From the NCBI GenBank assembly GCA_012295275.1, contig CM022676.1, positions 2,728,001 through 2,792,000 of the forward strand: a stretch of 64,000 bases of DNA, read 5' to 3'. Position numbers and translations under genes: made by a program. This stretch comes from Chrysomallon squamiferum. Taxonomy: Eukaryota; Animalia; Mollusca. Positions within the stretch are counted from its first letter, which is position 1. Every line of letters begins with the position of its first letter. Under the pieces are notes generated by a model. That model searched no databases and had not been told where the DNA came from. It was given only the letters and a program-made list of their open reading frames with translations. Shown here piece by piece: positions 40,901-55,262 of this stretch.

Positions 40901-43900
40901 TACATCTCACCTATGAGACCTCACTCTAAAATATATTTGTGAACACATATCACTAAAGGGAGATAAGTCTAATCGACATAATTTTTACTTCGCTTAGTGA
41001 GTACATCTCACGTAAGGGACCTAACTCTAATCGATATGATTTTTTCTTTGCTTTGTTTTTTATATATATACAGACAGACAGACACACCCACACACACACA
41101 CTTACACAGAGAAAAACCTCTGGTACTGAATGATTATACAATTGTAAAAGAATCAAAATTCAATTAATTAAAAATTGACAGAAAATTTAAAAACAAATAA
41201 ATTTCAGAATATTAATAAATACAAAAAGAAATAATAAATACTGATATTAAAAAACCGATTCTATCAAATGACACAAAAAATTATTATTTTTTACTGATTT
41301 TTTAATTATAACAACAATAAGCAAAGTAGACAGGATACACAAGAAATAAGTAAGAAAACAAATAAAGAACGACTTTGAAAGTTTAAAACGATCGAAGGCT
41401 TAGTGAGTACATCTCACGTAAGGGACCTAACTCTAATCGATATGATTTTTTTCTTTGCTTTTTATATATATATATATACAGACAGACAGACACACCCACA
41501 CACACACACTTACACAGAGAAAAACCTCTGGTACTGAATGATTATACAATTGTAAAAGAATCAAAATTCAATTAATTAAAAATTGACAGAAAATTTAAAA
41601 ACAAATAAATTTCAGAATATTAATAAATACAAAAAGAAATAATAAATACTGATATTAAAAACCGATTCTATCAAATGACACAAAAAATTATTTTTATTTA
41701 CTGATTTTTTAATTATAACAACAATAAGCAAAGTAGACAGGATACACAAGAAATAAGTAAGAAAACAAATAAAGAACGACTTTGAAAGTTTAAAACGATC
41801 TAAGGCTTACTTAGTGAGTACATCTCACGTAAGGGACCTAACTCTAATCGATATGATTTATTTCTTTGCTTTGTTTATATATATACAGACAGAAAGACAC
41901 ACACACACACACACACACTTACACAGAGAAAAACCTCTGGTACTGAATCATTATACAATGGTAAAAGGATCAAAATTCAATTAATTAAATATAGCCAGAA
42001 AATTTGAAAATAAATAAATTTCAGAATATTAATAAATACAAAAAGAAATAATAAATACTGATATTAAAAAGCCGAATGTATCAAATGACACAAAAAATTA
42101 TTTTTATTTACTGATTTTTTAATTATAACAACAATAAGCAAAGTAGACAGGATAGAATAAACAAGTAACTAAACAAATAAAGAACGACTTTGAAAGTTTA
42201 AAACGATCGAAGGCTTAGTGAGTACATCTCACCTATGAGACCTCACTCTAAAATATATTTGTGAACACATATCACTAAAGGGAGATAAGTCTAATCGACA
42301 TAATTTTTACTTCGCTTAGTGAGTACATCTCACGTAAGGGACCTAACTCTAATCGATATGATTTTTTCTTTGCTAAGTTTATATATATACAGACAGACAG
42401 ACACACCCACACACAGACACTTACACAGAGAAAAACCTGTGGTACTGAATGATTATACAATTGTAAAAGTAACAAAATTCAATTAATTGAAAATTGCCAG
42501 AAAATTTAAAAAGAAATAAATTTCAGAATATTAATAAATACAAAAAGAAATAATAAATACTGATATTAAAAAACCGATTCTATCAATTGACACAAAAAAT
42601 TATTATTTTTTACTGATTTTTTAATTATAACAACAATAAGCAAAGTAGACAGGATACACAAGAAATAAGTAAGAAAACAAATAAAGAACAACTTTGAAAG
42701 TTTAAAACGATCGAAGGCTTAGTGAGTACATCTCACGTAAGGGACCTAACTCTAATCGATATGATTTATTTCTTTGCTTTGTTTATATATATACAGACAG
42801 ACAGACACACACACACACACACACACACTTACACAGAGAAAAACATCTGGTACTGAATGATTATACAATTGTAAAAAAATCAAAATTCAATTAATTAAAA
42901 ATTGACAGAAAATTTAAAAACAAATAAATTTCAGAATATTAATAAATACAAAAAGAAATAATAAATACTGATATTAAAAAACCGATTCTATCAAATGACA
43001 CAAAAAATTATTTTTTTTTACTGATTTTTTAATTATAACAACAATAAGCAAAGTAGACAGGATACACAAGAAATAAGTAAGAAAACAAATAAAGAACGAC
43101 TTTGAAAGTTTAAAACGATCGAAGGCTTAGTGAGTACATCTCACGTAAGGGACCTAACTCTAATCGATATGAATTTTTCTTTGCTTTGTTTATATATATA
43201 CAGACAGACAGACACACCCACACACACACACTTACACAGAGAAAAACCTCTGGTACTGAATCATTATACAATGGTAAAAGGATCAAAATTCAATTAATTA
43301 AAAATAGCCAGAAAATTTGAAAATAAATAAATTTCAGAATATTAATAAATACAAAAAGAAATAATAAATACTGATATTAAAAAGCCGAATGTATCAAATG
43401 ACACAAAAAATTATTTTTATTTACTGATTTTTTAATTATAACAACAATAAGCAAAGTAGACAGGATAGAATAAACAAGTAACTAAACAAATAAAGAACGA
43501 CTTTGAAAGTTTAAAACGATCGAAGGCTTAGTGAGTACATCTCACCTATGAGACCTCACTCTAAAATATATTTGTGAACACATATCACTAAAGGGAGATA
43601 AGTCTAATCGACATAATTTTTACTTCGCTTAGTGAGTACATCTCACGTAAGGGACCTAACTCTAATCGATATGATTTTTTCTTTGCTTTGTTTATATATT
43701 TATATATATATACAGACAGACAGACACACCCACACACACACACTTACACAGAGAAAAACCTCTGGTACTGAATGATTATACAATTGTAAAAGAAACAAAA
43801 TTCAATTAATTAAAAATTGCCAGAAAATTTAAAAACAAATAAATTTCAGAATATTAATAAATAATACAAAAAGAAATAATAAATACTGATATTAAAAAAC

Positions 43901-46900
43901 CGATTCTATCAAATGACACAAAAAATTATTTTTTTTTACTGATTTTTTAATTATAACAACAATAAACAAAGTAGACAGGATACACAAGAAATAAGTAAGA
44001 AAACAAATAAAGAACGACTTAAAAAGTTTAAAAAATCGATCTTAGTGAGTACATCTCACCTAGGCTTAAAATATGTTTGTGAACACATATCACTAAAGGG
44101 AGATAAGTCTAATCGACATAATTTTTACTTCGCTTAGTGAGTACATCTCACGTAAGGGACCTAACTCTAATCGATATGATTTTTTCTTTGCTTTGTTTAT
44201 ATATATACAGACAGACAGACACACACACACACACACACACACTTACACAGAGAAAAACCTCTGGTACTGAATGATTATACAATTGTAAAAGAATCAAAAT
44301 TCAATTAATTAAAAATTGCCAGAAAATTTAAAAAGAAATAAATTTCAGAATATTAATAAATACAAAAAGAAATAATAAATACTGATATTAAAAAACCGAT
44401 TCTATCAAATGACACAAAAAATTATTTTATTTACTGATTTTTTAATTATAACAACAATAAACAAAGTAGACAGGATACACAAGAAATAAGTAAGAAAACA
44501 AATAAAGAACGACTTTGAAAGTTTAAAACGATCTAAGGCTTAGTGAGTACATCTCACGTAAGGGACCTAACTCTAATCGATATGATTTATTTCTTTGCTT
44601 TGTTTATATATATACAGACAGAAAGACACACGCACACACACACACTTACACAGAGAAAAACCTCTGGTACTGAATCATTATACAATGGTAAAAGGATCAA
44701 AATTCAATTAATTAAATATAGCCAGAAAATTTGAAAATAAATAAATTTCAGAATATTAATAAATACAAAAAGAAATAATAAATACTGATATTAAAAAGCC
44801 GAATGTATCAAATGACACAAAAAATTATTTTTATTTACTGATTTTTTAATTATAACAACAATAAGCAAAGTAGACAGGATAGAATAAACAAGTAACTAAA
44901 CAAATAAAGAACGACTTTGAAAGTTTAAAACGATCGAAGGCTTAGTGAGTACATCTCACCTATGAGACCTCACTCTAAAATATATTTGTGAACACATATC
45001 ACTAAAGGGAGATAAGTCTAATCGACATAATTTTTACTTCGCTTAGTGAGTACATCTCACGTAAGGGACCTAACTCTAATCGATATTTTTTTTCTTTGCT
45101 TTGTTTTTTATATATATACAGACAGACAGACACACCACACACACAGACACTTACACAGAGAAAAACCTCTGGTACTGAATGATTATACAATTGTAAAAGT
45201 AACAAAATTCAATTAATTGAAAATTGCCAGAAAATTTAAAAAGAAATAAATTTCAGAATATTAATAAATACAAAAAGAAATAATAAATACTGATATTAAA
45301 AAAACCGATTCTATCAATTGACACAAAAAAAATTATTTTTTTTTTTTTACTGATTTTTAATTATAACAACAATAAGCAAAGTAGACAGGATACACAAGAA
45401 ATAAGTAAGAAAACAAATAAAGAACAACTTTGAAAGTTTAAAACGATCGAAGGCTTAGTGAGTACATCTCACGTAAGGGACCTAACTCTAATCGATATGA
45501 TTTTTTTCTTTTTGCTTTGTTTTTATATATATACAGACAGACAGACACACACACACACACACACACTTACACAGAGAAAAACCTCTGGTACTGAATGATT
45601 ATACAATTGTAAAAAAAATCAAAATTCAATTAATTAAAAATTGACAGAAAATTTAAAACAAATAAATTTCAGAATATTAATAAATACAAAAAGAAATAAT
45701 AAAATACTGATATTAAAAAACCGATTCTATCAAATGACACAAAAATTATTTTTTTTTACTGATTTTTTAATTATAACAACAATAAGCAAAGTAGAGACAG
45801 GATAGAATAAATAAATAAGAAAACAAATAAAGAACCACTTTTAAAACTTTAAAACAAATAAAGTGAGTACATCTCACCTATGGGACTAAAATGTGTTTGT
45901 GAAAACATATTAAAAGATAAGTCTAATCGACATAATTTTTACTCGAAGGCTTAGTGAGTACATCTCACGTAAGGGACCTAACTCTAATCGATATGATTTT
46001 TTTTTTCTTTGCTTTGTTTATATATATATACAGACAGACAGACACACACACACACACACACTTACACAGAGAAAAACATCTGGTACTGAATGATTATACA
46101 ATTGTAAAAAAATCAAAATTCAATTAATTAAAAATTGACAGAAAATTTAAAAACAAATAAATTTCAGAATATTAATAAATACAAAAAGAAATAATAAATA
46201 CTGATATTAAAAAACCGATTCTATCAAATGACACAAAAAATTATTTTTTTTTACTGATTTTGATTTTTAATTATAACAACAATAAGCAAAGTAGACAGGA
46301 TACACAAGAAATAAGTAAGAAAACAAATAAAGAACGACTTTGAAAGTTTAAAACGATCGAAGGCTTAGTGAGTACATCTCACCTATGGGACCTCACTCTA
46401 AAATATATTTGTGAACACATATCACTACTAAAGGGAGATAAATCTAATGATTTAGTGAGTACATCTCACGTAAGGGACCTAACTCTAATCGATATGAATT
46501 TTTTTCTTTGCTTTGTTTTTATATATATACAGACAGACACACACACACCCACACACACACACTTACACAGAGAAAAACCTCTGGTACTGAATGATTATAC
46601 AATTGTAAAAAAATCAAAATTCAATTAATTAAAAATTGACAGAAAATTTAAAAACAAATAAATTTCAGAATATTAATAAATACAAAAAGAAATAATAAAT
46701 ACTGATATTAAAAACCGATTCTATCAAATGACACAAAAAATTATTTTTTTTTACTGATTTTTTTAATTATAACAACAATAAGCAAAGTAGACAGGATACA
46801 CAAAAAATAAATAAGTAAGAAAACAAATAAAGAACGACTTTGAAAGTTTAAAAAACGAATCTTAGTGAGGCATTACCTATGACCTACATCTCTAAAATAT

Positions 46901-49900
46901 ATTTGTGAACACATATCACTAAAGGGACCTAACTCTAATCGATATTTTTACTTCGCTTAGTGAGTACATTTTAATCGATATTTTTTTTGCTTTGTTTTTT
47001 ATATATATACAGACAGACAGACAGACACCACACACACACACACTTACACAGAGAAAAACCTCTGGTACTGAATGATTATACAATTGTAAAAGAATCAAAA
47101 TTCAATTAATTAAAAATTGACAGAAAATTTAAAAACAAATAAATTTCAGAATATTAATAAATACAAAAAGAAATAATAAATACTGATATTAAAAAACCGA
47201 TTCTATCAAATGACACAAAAAATTATTTTATTTACTGATTTTTTAATTATAACAACAATAAGCAAAGTAGACAGGATACACAAGAAATAAGTAAGAAAAC
47301 AAATAAAGAACGACTTTGAAAGTTTAAAACGATCTAAGGCTTAGTGAGTACATCTCACGTAAGGGACCTAACTCTAATCGATATGATTTATTTCTTTGCT
47401 TTGTTTATATATATACAGACAGAAAGACACACGCACACACACACACTTACACAGAGAAAAACCTCTGGTACTGAATCATTATACAATGGTAAAAGGATCA
47501 AAATTCAATTAATTAAATATAGCCAGAAAATTTGAAAATAAATAAATTTCAGAATATTAATAAATACAAAAAGAAATAATAAATACTGATATTAAAAAGC
47601 CGAATGTATCAAATGACACAAAAAATTATTTTTATTTACTGATTTTTTAATTATAACAACAATAAGCAAAGTAGACAGGATAGAATAAACAAGTAACTAA
47701 ACAAATAAAGAACGACTTTGAAAGTTTAAAACGATCGAAGGCTTAGTGAGTACATCTCACCTATGAGACCTCACTCTAAAATATATTTGTGAACACATAT
47801 CACTAAAGGGAGATAAGTCTAATCGACATAATTTTTACTTCGCTTAGTGAGTACATCTCACGTAAGGGACCTAACTCTAATCGATATGATTTTTTTTTTT
47901 CTTTGCTAAGTTTATATATATACAGACAGACAGACACACCACACACACACACTTACACAGAGAAAAACCTCTGGTACTGAATGATTATACAATTGTAAAA
48001 GAAACAAAATTCAATTAATTGAAAATTGCCAGAAAATTTAAAAACAAATAAATTTCAGAATATTAATAAATACAAAAAGAAATAATAAATACTGATATTA
48101 AAAAACCGATTCTATCAATTGACACAAAAAATTATTATTTTTTACTGATTTTTTAATTATAACAACAATAAGCAAAGTAGACAGGATACACAAGAAATAA
48201 GTAAGAAAACAAATAAAGAACGACTTTGAAAGTTTAAAACGATCGAAAGGCTTAGCTTAGTGAGTACATCTCACGTAAGGGACCTAACTCTAATCGATAT
48301 GATTTTTTCTAATTTGAATTTTTTCTTTGCTTTTTTATATATATATACTGAACAGACAGACAGACACACCCACACACACACACTTACACAGAGAAAAACC
48401 TCTGGTACTGAATGATTATACAATTGTAAAAAAATCAAAATTCAATTAATTAAAAATTGACAGAAAATTTAAAAACAAATAAATTTCAGAATATTAATAA
48501 ATACAAAAAGAAATAATAAATACTGATATTAAAAAACCGATTCTATCAAATGACACAAAAAATTATTTTTTTTACTGATTTTTTAATTATAACAACAATA
48601 AACAAAGTAGACAGGATACACAAGAAATAAGTAAGAAAACAAATAAAGAACGACTTTGAAAGTTTAAAACGATCTAAGGCTTAGTGAGTACATCTCACGT
48701 AAGGGACCTAACTCTAATCGATATGATTTTTTTCTTTGCTTTTGTTTATATATATACAGACAGAAAGACACACGCACACACACACACTTACACAGAGAAA
48801 AACCTCTGGTACTGAATCATTATACAATGGTAAAAGGATCAAAATTCAATTAATTAAATATAGCCAGAAAATTTGAAAATAAATAAATTTCAGAATATTA
48901 ATAAATACAAAAAGAAATAATAAATACTGATATTAAAAAGCCGAATGTATCAAATGACACAAAAAATTATTTTTATTTACTGATTTTTTAATTATAACAA
49001 CAATAAGCAAAGTAGACAGGATAGAATAAACAAGTAACTAAACAAATAAAGAACGACTTTGAAAGTTTAAAACGATCGAAGGCTTAGTGAGTACATCTCA
49101 CCTATGAGACCTCACTCTAAAATATATTTGTGAACACATATCACTAAAGGGAGATAAGTCTAATCGACATAATTTTTACTTCGCTTAGTGAGTACATCTC
49201 ACGTAAGGGACCTAACTCTAATCGATATGATTTTTTCTTTGCTAAGTTTATATATATACAGACAGACAGACACACCCACACACAGACACTTACACAGAGA
49301 AAAACCTCTGGTACTGAATGATTATACAATTGTAAAAGTAACAAAATTCAATTAATTGAAAATTGCCAGAAAATTTAAAAAGAAATAAATTTCAGAATAT
49401 TAATAAATACAAAAAGAAATAATAAATACTGATATTAAAAAACCGATTCTATCAATTGACACAAAAAATTATTTTTATTTACTGATTTTTTAATTATAAC
49501 AACAATAAGCAAAGTAGACAGGATAGAATAAACAAGTAACTAAACAAATAAAGAACGACTTTGAAAGTTTAAAACGATCGAAGGCTTAGTGAGTACATCT
49601 CACCTATGAGACCTCACTCTAAAATATATTTGTGAACACATATCACTAAAGGGAGATAAGTCTAATCGACATAATTTTTACTTCGCTTAGTGAGTACATC
49701 TCACGTAAGGGACCTAACTCTAATCGATATGATTTTTTCTTTGCTTTGTTTATATATATACAGACAGACAGACACACCCACACACACACACTTACACAGA
49801 GAAAAACCTCTGGTACTGAATGATTATACAATTGTAAAAGAAACAAAATTCAATTAATTGAAAATTGCCAGAAAATTTAAAAACAAATAAATTTCAGAAT

Positions 49901-51863
49901 ATTAATAAATACAAAAAGAAATAATAAATACTGATATTAAAAAACCGATTCTATCAATTGACACAAAAAATTATTATTTTTTACTGATTTTTTAATTATA
50001 ACAACAATAAGCAAAGTAGACAGGATACACAAGAAATAAGTAAGAAAACAAATAAAGAACGACTTTGAAAGTTTAAAACGATCGAAGGCTTAGTGAGTAC
50101 ATCTCACGTAAGGGACCTAACTCTAATCGATATGATTTTTTCTTTGTTTATATATATATATATACAGACAGACAGACACACCCACACACACACACACACT
50201 TACACAGAGAAAAACCTCTGGTACTGAATGATTATACAATTGTAAAAAAATCAAAATTCAATTAATTAAAAATTGACAGAAAATTTAAAAACAAATAAAT
50301 TTCAGAATATTAATAAATACAAAAAGAAATAATAAATACTGATATTAAAAAACCGATTCTATCAAATGACACAAAAAATTATTTTTATTTACTGATTTTT
50401 TAATTATAACAACAATAAGCAAAGTAGACAGGAGGATTAAACAAGTAACTAAACAAATAAAGAAACTTTAAAAGTTTAAAAAATAAGAAAACAAATAAAG
50501 AACGACTTTGAAAGTTAAAACGATAATCTAAGGCTTAGTGAGTACATCTCACGTAAGGGACCTAACTCTAATCGATATGAATTTTTCTTTGCTTTGTTTA
50601 TATATATATACAGACAGACAGACACACCCACACACACACACTTACACAGAGAAAAACCTCTGGTACTGAATGATTATACAATTGTAAAAGAATCAAAATT
50701 CAATTAATTAAAAATTGCCAGAAAATTTAAAAACAAATAAATTTCAGAATATTAATAAATACAAAAAGAAATAATAAATACTGATATTAAAAAACCGATT
50801 CTATCAAATGACACAAAAAATTATTATTTTTTACTGATTTTTTAATTATAACAACAATAAGCAAAGTAGACAGGATACACAAGAAATAAGTAAGAAAACA
50901 AATAAAGAACGACTTTGAAAGTTTAAAACGATCTAAGGCTTAGTGAGTACATCTCACGTAAGGGACCTAACTCTAATCGATATGATTTATTTCTTTGCTT
51001 TGTTTATATATATACAGACAGAAAGACACACACACACACACACACACTTACACAGAGAAAAACCTCTGGTACTGAATCATTATACAATGGTAAAAGGATC
51101 AAAATTCAATTAATTAAATATAGCCAGAAAATTTGAAAATAAATAAATTTCAGAATATTAATAAATACAAAAAGAAATAATAAATACTGATATTAAAAAG
51201 CCGAATGTATCAAATGACACAAAAAATTATTTTTATTTACTGATTTTTTAATTATAACAACAATAAGCAAAGTAGACAGGATAGAATAAACAAGTAACTA
51301 AACAAATAAAGAACGACTTTGAAAGTTTAAAACGATCGAAGGCTTAGTGAGTACATCTCACCTATGAGACCTCACTCTAAAATATATTTGTGAACACATA
51401 TCACTAAAGGGAGATAAGTCTAATCGACATAATTTTTACTTCGCTTAGTGAGTACATCTCACGTAAGGGACCTAACTCTAATCGATATGATTTTTTCTTT
51501 GCTAAGTTTATATATATACAGACAGACAGACACACCCACACACAGACACTTACACAGAGAAAAACCTCTGGTACTGAATGATTATACAATTGTAAAAGTA
51601 ACAAAATTCAATTAATTGAAAATTGCCAGAAAATTTAAAAAGAAATAAATTTCAGAATATTAATAAATACAAAAAGAAATAATAAATACTGATATTAAAA
51701 AACCGATTCTATCAATTGACACAAAAAATTATTTTTTTTACTGATTTTTAATTATAACAACAATAAGCAAAGTAGACAGGATACACAAGAAATAAGTAAG
51801 AAAACAAATAAAGAACGACTTTGAAAGTTTAAAACGATCAGAAGGCTACGTAAGTGAGAAGTA
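31979..51863 (+). repeat. Family-2 satellite, ~402 bp and ~502 bp monomers, frequent ~1.3 kb trimer higher-order repeat
   Basis: Anchor gcttagtgagtacatctcacgtaagggacctaactctaatcgat recurs at ~402 or ~502 bp; identical pseudo-ORFs 1308 bp apart (32026/33334) and similar ones 502 bp apart (49144/49646); fills the whole contig between the gaps. Confidence 0.97.
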
Positions 51864-52063
51864 NNNNNNNNNNNNNNNNNNNNNNNNNNNNNNNNNNNNN
51901 NNNNNNNNNNNNNNNNNNNNNNNNNNNNNNNNNNNNNNNNNNNNNNNNNNNNNNNNNNNNNNNNNNNNNNNNNNNNNNNNNNNNNNNNNNNNNNNNNNNN
52001 NNNNNNNNNNNNNNNNNNNNNNNNNNNNNNNNNNNNNNNNNNNNNNNNNNNNNNNNNNNNNNN
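51864..52063. other. Assembly gap (200 N)
   Basis: Run of exactly 200 N. Confidence 0.99.
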
Positions 52064-52197
52064 AACAAGAACATTTGAATGCATTCTTACATACGTTTAT
52101 ACTACACAACAAATATAATGTATACATATAGAAACAGAAACGTCCATACAATACACATATGCATACACGCATACATATCTATACATAGGATTCATAT

Positions 52198-52200
<3 letters not shown>

Positions 52201-52243
<43 letters not shown>
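52201..52243. repeat. (TA)n microsatellite
   Basis: Direct reading. Confidence 0.95.
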
Positions 52244-52247
<4 letters not shown>

Positions 52248-52450
52248 TACATATACAGACCTGGATAAAAACGCAGATCCATATTAATAAATGAATGAGT
52301 GTCTCTGTGTATTTAAATTGGACATGAACAATAGTCATATTCAGTTTTTCATAAGCTCCTGAAAATAGGCAGAAATACAAATTGTTTGACTGACATTTTA
52401 AATCTCCTTAAATAATGCAGTCTGATGTTAACATTTTATTTACAATAACC

Positions 52451-52532
52451 ATGAATCAGAAAGACATTGCATTACAAATTTTTTGGTGGGATGTTCCTTC
52501 TGGCGTCGTCTGCATTGGAAAAGTCTCCAGCA
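52451..52532 (+). pseudogene. Possible first (signal-like) exon of the PAN-EGF gene
   Basis: aaccATG...AGC A|gtaaga, 82 nt, phase 1; MNQKDIALQIFWWDVPSGVVCIGKVSS; hydrophobic stretches are split between frames. Confidence 0.35.
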
Positions 52533-52852
52533 GTAAGATTTCATTTTCTTTTTTATTTCTATTTAAACAACAGAAAGATTAGTTGCTGTTGTTTGGGGAA
52601 AGGAGTTTTTTTAATTTTTTTTATTTTTAATTTTTTCAGAAATGGTAAATAGTTTTGTTTATTAGTTTTATTTAAACACAGTAAAAGATCTTATTTTCTT
52701 GCTGTTTGTCTTTAAAGCAGACTGAACTATTTATTTCTTTTTAGTATTTTGTTTAAGAAAAATGTAAAAGCATTGTTGATTTGTTCTCATATTTTCTTTA
52801 CACAGTAAAGCATTGTTTATTTGCTTGTTTTTTATACTCTGTGTATTTCCAG

Positions 52853-53085
52853 CTATACCTGGTTGTGTGACATGATTATCCCAGGCATATATGGAGATGA
52901 CTTCTATCTAGAACTTGGAGATTCCTATACACGTGAAGTGTAGAATGTTGTGTGACACACAAAACGGATATAATAATGACGTGTACTGCAGTAGAACATG
53001 AAGACGACTATTGTTATTTGTATTCTTCGGTTTCCCTTTCAGCTATTACTCTGGTTCAACATTGTACATAAAATCATTACGAAGA
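52853..53085 (+). pseudogene. Decayed PAN/apple-like domain exon
   Basis: Acceptor tttccag; frame-stitched IPGC..IPGIYGDDFYLELGDSYT..CRMLCD...CTAVEHEDDYCYLYSSV...YSGSTLYIK fits the CxxxC...CxA...CxLY...LYxK PAN pattern; stops and frameshifts present. Confidence 0.55.
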
Positions 53086-53558
53086 CGATAGAAAAATGTG
53101 TTGTTAAATATTCATTCAAGATTAGATGGTAATTTGTGTCTTCTATTGATTTTTTTTTTCTCTTAGAACAAAAGTTGCAAAAAGTGGTACAAAATTATAA
53201 AATATACTAACAATCTGTTTTTGTTTTGTTGTTCCTAACCAGTGATGCTTGACATGTTAATCAGATGAGAGAACCAGACGTAGAATAGTTTATATATGAT
53301 TACATTTATCTCGAGCAATAATAATCAGTTATAATTAAAACGATTTGCATAACAGTTTTTATTTTTGTTGTTTTCTTTCTTCTTCATCTTTCTCCGATTA
53401 TTATTTAGCACTCGTTGTGTTTATTTTAATAAATCTATCCAATTTAAATATTTTAGAAATAAAATAAGAAAGATTTCTTTTTTGTAGGCAAGGAACATTA
53501 TTTTTCCTAAGGAAAATTTGTTTTGTTTTCTTTAAACAGTTTTTATAATCTGTCACAG

Positions 53559-53651
53559 GTACATGTGGATTACCATGTGCAAACGGCGCCACTGTAAACT
53601 TTGATGACTGTACTTGTTCTTGTCTGGGCAACTGGGAAGGCATTCTCTGTG
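53559..53651 (+). CDS. EGF-like exon, 93 nt, phase 1-1, intact
   Basis: cacag|...|gtaagt; GTCGLPCANGATVNFDDCTCSCLGNWEGILC. Confidence 0.85.
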
Positions 53652-53989
53652 GTAAGTTTATTTTTATTTGGTAACATATTTGAATGAATGATAACTGTTC
53701 AGAGTAAAACTTCAAATAGATAAATCAATTCAGCATGGAGCGCAAAATGAGAATTAGGAAAAATTGATAAACTATTTGTAAACATTCAGAAGGTGACTAA
53801 TGGAAAAGGAGAATCTGGTAAGACTCCATTACAAAACTTTTCATTTTAAATTAGCAACTTTTTCGGATGTCCCTGAACATCATAACTACATAGGATCACA
53901 AAAAGTAAGGAATCATAATTTACCTTGCTATAACATTTCAATCCTTATTAGCCAAGATGAAAACGTATTCCTTTCTAATGATATATCAG

Positions 53990-54075
53990 GTACGTGTGGT
54001 TTCCGTCTAAAAACGATTGCAATTCTGTTATGCAGGACTGTATTTATTCTTGTATTGAGTGGAAGGTGTGCCTTT
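53990..54075 (+). pseudogene. Heavily decayed EGF-like exon
   Basis: tcag|gtacgtgtggt... resembles the 53559 exon (gactgtatttattcttgt...tggaagg) with indels. Confidence 0.5.
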
Positions 54076-54140
54076 CATACGTTTATTTATTTATTTATTT
54101 TATTTATATATTTATTTATTTATTTATTATTTAAATTCAG

Positions 54141-54233
54141 ATGTATGCAGCGGGGACTGTTTAAATGGCGATGTGTTCAACTCAGATAACTGTACCTGTT
54201 CTTGTTTGAACAACTGGGAAGGAGATTTCTGTA
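54141..54233 (+). CDS. EGF-like exon, 93 nt, phase 1-1, intact
   Basis: attcag|...|gtaagt; DVCSGDCLNGDVFNSDNCTCSCLNNWEGDFC. Confidence 0.85.
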
Positions 54234-54342
54234 GTAAGTATATTAATTCATATCATAACATGGCTTTATTCTCGTCAGTTACTATAACCTATGCCTTTTC
54301 CAGTTTTATTGTTTATTTATTTATATATTATTTAAAATACGG

Positions 54343-54436
54343 ATGTATGCATCAGGGTTGTTTAAATGGCGGAGTGTTAAACTCAGATAACTGTAACTGT
54401 TCTTTGTTTGAACAACTGAAAAGGGAGATTTCTGTA
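54343..54436 (+). pseudogene. Tandem duplicate EGF exon with lost acceptor and frameshifts
   Basis: Copy of the 54141 exon ~200 bp downstream, including flanking intron; acceptor reads cgg; extra bases in tgttctttgtttg. Confidence 0.75.
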
Positions 54437-54856
54437 GTAGTATTTTAATTCATGTCATAATGCATTATATTCTCACATCTATTACAGTGATTTATACCTT
54501 TTAGTTTTATTTATTTATTAATTTGTATTGTGTCTCTCTTATTTAGAATATTTATCTGAAACTAAAGTTTATTTCATGTTCGCTGTCATCGTGACAGATT
54601 ACCAGTTAATTCTGTTTTTATTTCACTCTGGGGTTTTAGCCATGTATCATGTTTTGGATTGGACCCCTAAGCCCTAACTTCACTACAGAACGATGATAAT
54701 TTAACACTCATATTTTTTAGAAGTAGACTTTTGTTGTTTAACTTCAGTGACAATCTTTCAGTTATTAATCTTATTAATAAACATTTTTTTAGTTTTCGTA
54801 GATATCTGATGCTGTATGAATCATAAATAAAAATTGATTCAATTCTATTCTTACAG

Positions 54857-54951
54857 ATGATTGCAGTCCTAGTCTGCAAAATGGCGGTGTGTTGAATGCG
54901 ATATCTTGCACATGTACGTGCAAACAAGAATACTACGGGGATAAATGTGAG
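54857..54951 (+). pseudogene. EGF-like exon with one Cys lost and no clear donor
   Basis: ttacag|AT GAT TGC...; DDCSPSLQNGGVLNAISCTCTCKQEYYGDKCE. Confidence 0.7.
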
Positions 54952-55238
54952 CTAAGAAAGTACTATAAATTAGAAAAATCGTGAGAAAACAAAACAAAAT
55001 AGAAACAAGAAACATCATAATATATGTATGTATCCATGTATGTATGTGTATGAATCTATGTATGTATACATTGTATATTTATGCTAAAATATTCATCAAA
55101 AACTTTACAGTTTTATTTATTTATTTGTTTCGTTATATATTTATTTATTTATTCATTTATTTATTTATTTGTTTTAATTTAATTTAATTTAATTTAATTT
55201 AATTTAATTTTATTTTATTGTTTATTAATTAAATTCAG

Positions 55239-55262
55239 ATGTATGAAACAAGGACTGTTTTA
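55239..55262 (+). pseudogene. 5' stub of an EGF exon truncated by the family-2 satellite
   Basis: aaattcag|atgtatgaaacaaggactgttt parallels 54141 atgtatgcagcggggactgtttaaat; TGC is changed to TGA. Confidence 0.7.

Noticed and set aside
31979-51863. CRISPR-like array (recurrent palindromic gtgagtacatctcac)
   Set aside because: Intervening sequences are themselves repeated rather than unique spacers, periods are 100-500 bp, there are no cas genes, and the context is eukaryotic
31655-52172. ORFs containing long X runs
   Set aside because: Artefacts of the two N gaps
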